From assembly GCF_001194135.2 (NCBI RefSeq), contig NC_068986.1:30078178-30142177 (forward strand): 64,000 nt of DNA, written 5' to 3'. The stretch's first letter is position 1, and the number at the start of each line of letters is the position of its first letter. Of this stretch, positions 63,735 through 64,000 are shown one piece after another. Both the position numbers and the translations under genes were made by a program. The notes under the pieces were generated by a model that searched no databases, had not been told where the DNA came from, and worked only from the letters and a program-made list of their open reading frames with translations. The DNA comes from Octopus bimaculoides (lineage: Eukaryota).

Positions 63735-63825
63735 CTAGCAGAAATACCCGGCGTTGCCCCGGTTAAAGAGAATAATGAAATCTAAAAACGCCGTCTAGAC
63801 TACGCATCATCTTTATATATAGAGA
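63735..63825 (-). mobile_element. Minimal non-autonomous Helitron (91 bp)
   Basis: Minus strand: A|TCtctatatataaag ... ccggggcaacgccggg hairpin, 8-nt spacer, CTAG|T. Shows 5'-TC, subterminal GC hairpin, 3'-CTAG, an A/T target and no TSD. Confidence 0.75.
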
Positions 63826-64000
63826 TGTATATACACACACGCACCCAAACACACGTATATATATGTATATCAATATAAATATATGAAAGTCAATGAAGTT
63901 TCGTAAAAGAAGGTGATCATGTACATACTTTCTTGCTGTTGTGATTATAACACCTCATTGTAAACTATGTTCCTTGTTTTGCCTTGTGGAGCATATACAA

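Overview
AT-rich, repeat-dense animal genomic DNA from a draft short-read assembly, with several N-gaps mostly beside microsatellites and one contig-overlap duplication. The SINE, RTE and MITE families match those I recognise from Octopus genomes (from memory, not a database search). I could not confidently identify any host protein-coding gene. Nearly all listed ORFs are microsatellite or repeat read-throughs, and only isolated splice-flanked exon candidates are visible. The window holds three tRNA-headed SINE families plus two further interspersed repeats, many RTE LINE fragments with (GAT)n tails, a pogo/Tigger transposase fossil in three pieces (6345-8915, minus), an internally deleted mariner with both TIRs (21430-22310), TTAA-flanked piggyBac-type MITEs and a 91-bp Helitron. 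The most notable element is an 850-bp non-coding insertion (31192-32041) built from a circularly permuted ~350-bp unit in tandem and inverted arrangement. It carries two minimal type I hammerhead ribozyme motifs and is flanked by a 12-bp TSD inside a SINE, so it resembles a retrozyme or Penelope pseudo-LTR element.
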